Of a stretch of DNA of 64,000 nucleotides, positions 63,263 to 64,000 are shown one piece after another. The first letter of the stretch is position 1. Each line of letters begins with the position of its first letter. The translations under genes were made by a program, and so were the position numbers. Origin of the DNA: a virus (taxonomy: Duplodnaviria > Caudoviricetes); IMG/VR virus record IMGVR_UViG_3300034095_001474, positions 96,001 to 160,000 of that record, one strand, 5' to 3'. The notes beneath the pieces are model-generated. The model was not told the origin of the DNA and did not search any database. It saw nothing but the letters and a program-made list of their open reading frames with translations.

Positions 63263-64000
63263 TTAAATAGTTACTGGTGCGTAACGCTCAGAGTCAATAA
63301 CACTCAACATCATAGATATTGGAGTCATGTCTTTACCAGCTAATAAATTAGTAAGCAATGCTGGAGAGAAACCAGATACCAACGCAGTACCTTCTTTATC
63401 AAATTGTACTGGTTTGTTATTATCTCCTCTTGATTGGATGTTCCAATATACTAACTTAGGCATTGTGTACCCAGCTTGAGTATAAAGAGACTCAACCATA
63501 TCTTGAGCAGTCCACCCACGAACACTACCACAATTGAATTCCATGTCTGACAACATAAGAATCATTGTTGGCATTTCTTCTGGTGCAACATTTGACTCAA
63601 CAGCTTTGTTTAAAAGCATTCTAAACGCTTTTTCAACATTAGTATCATATCCAACTGGCCCTTGAATTTGTCTGTATCTCTCAGACAAACTACCTTTAAG
63701 GTATTGTAATGTTGGGTTAGATGTAAACGTAATGAATGCATCTTTGAAAGGACCTTCGTTTCTTTCTGAAATGTATAACCCCAAAGAGATTGCTACATCC
63801 ATACAAGTTACGTTAGCGTTGTTCCCAGCTGGAGTACCCATTGACCCAGAAACATCCACCATTGGTAAAAGTCTCTCGTTGTTACCTTCCATGTAGTTAG
63901 GCAACGCATCCCATTGTACGTTAGCACCTTTGGTGTTACCAGTTTTCATGTTTTTAACGATGTCGTATGGATATACTGCACCAGCATTTATTTTAGCCTC
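63263..64000 (-). CDS. DUF2828 / TROVE-vWA (Ro60-like) protein, C-terminal part; runs off the window end
   Basis: KINAGAVYPYDI, QWDAL, MIDAS DVSGSM, AISLGLYISE, FITF, TN, LSDMEF, YWNI, SGFS. Confidence 0.8.
   Translation of the reverse strand, partial: EAKINAGAVYPYDIVKNMKTGNTKGANVQWDALPNYMEGNNERLLPMVDVSGSMGTPAGNNANVTCMDVAISLGLYISERNEGPFKDAFITFTSNPTLQYLKGSLSERYRQIQGPVGYDTNVEKAFRMLLNKAVESNVAPEEMPTMILMLSDMEFNCGSVRGWTAQDMVESLYTQAGYTMPKLVYWNIQSRGDNNKPVQFDKEGTALVSGFSPALLTNLLAGKDMTPISMMLSVIDSERYAPVTI

Noticed and set aside
1-64000. Genome-wide TAG recoding (code 15), suggested by the CTA tRNA
   Set aside because: Long ORFs are intact in code 11, and TAG acts as a true stop at gene junctions (624-626, 14753-14755). 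I found only local in-frame TAGs, at 54963 and 54610.
1-64000. Bacterial chromosome or integrated prophage
   Set aside because: No rRNA, integrase or host operon context. Housekeeping-like genes (dnaJ, clpP, folA, cca) are scattered among phage-type hypotheticals and homing endonucleases, as in jumbo phages.

Overview
This window is 64 kb of a very AT-rich, gene-dense large ('jumbo') tailed-phage genome, with almost all genes on the minus strand. The host is inferred to be Bacteroidota, from TTG-N20-TAnnTTTG promoters, A-rich start contexts without Shine-Dalgarno sequences, and a T9SS-type secreted protein. It is an accessory region for translation, RNA repair and NAD metabolism: NAMPT plus NadM-Nudix, DHFR, an ABC importer with an OmpA-fused binding protein, PARP, DNA ligase, two RNA ligases, kinase-2H phosphoesterase, RlaP-like nucleotidyltransferase, CCA-adding enzyme, two PTH2-like proteins, ClpP, DnaJ, a tmRNA, about 35 tRNAs, several homing endonucleases, and the 3' part of a DUF2828/TROVE-vWA (Ro60-like) gene. 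Three things stand out. (1) Four tRNA operons each start with a short leader ORF, an in-leader antiterminator and an intrinsic terminator. Each leader is enriched in the amino acids of the tRNAs downstream (K/T/Y/Q/P/G; F/D/A/E; L/V/C; R/I/N/H/M/S/W), and together the four sets cover all 20 amino acids without overlap, which looks like ribosome-mediated attenuation of phage tRNA operons. (2) An amber-suppressor tRNA(CUA) lies directly upstream of a PTH2-like gene with an in-frame TAG at codon 4, followed by a minigene with TAG in the same context. (3) About 10 stem RNAs carry a C(A/U)GCAA motif; two contain circularly permuted tRNAs and one is a tRNA with the module inserted in its anticodon loop, and one copy lies next to the Ro60-like gene, suggesting Y-RNA-like RNAs. 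All family assignments are motif recognition by eye; no database searches or folding programs were run.
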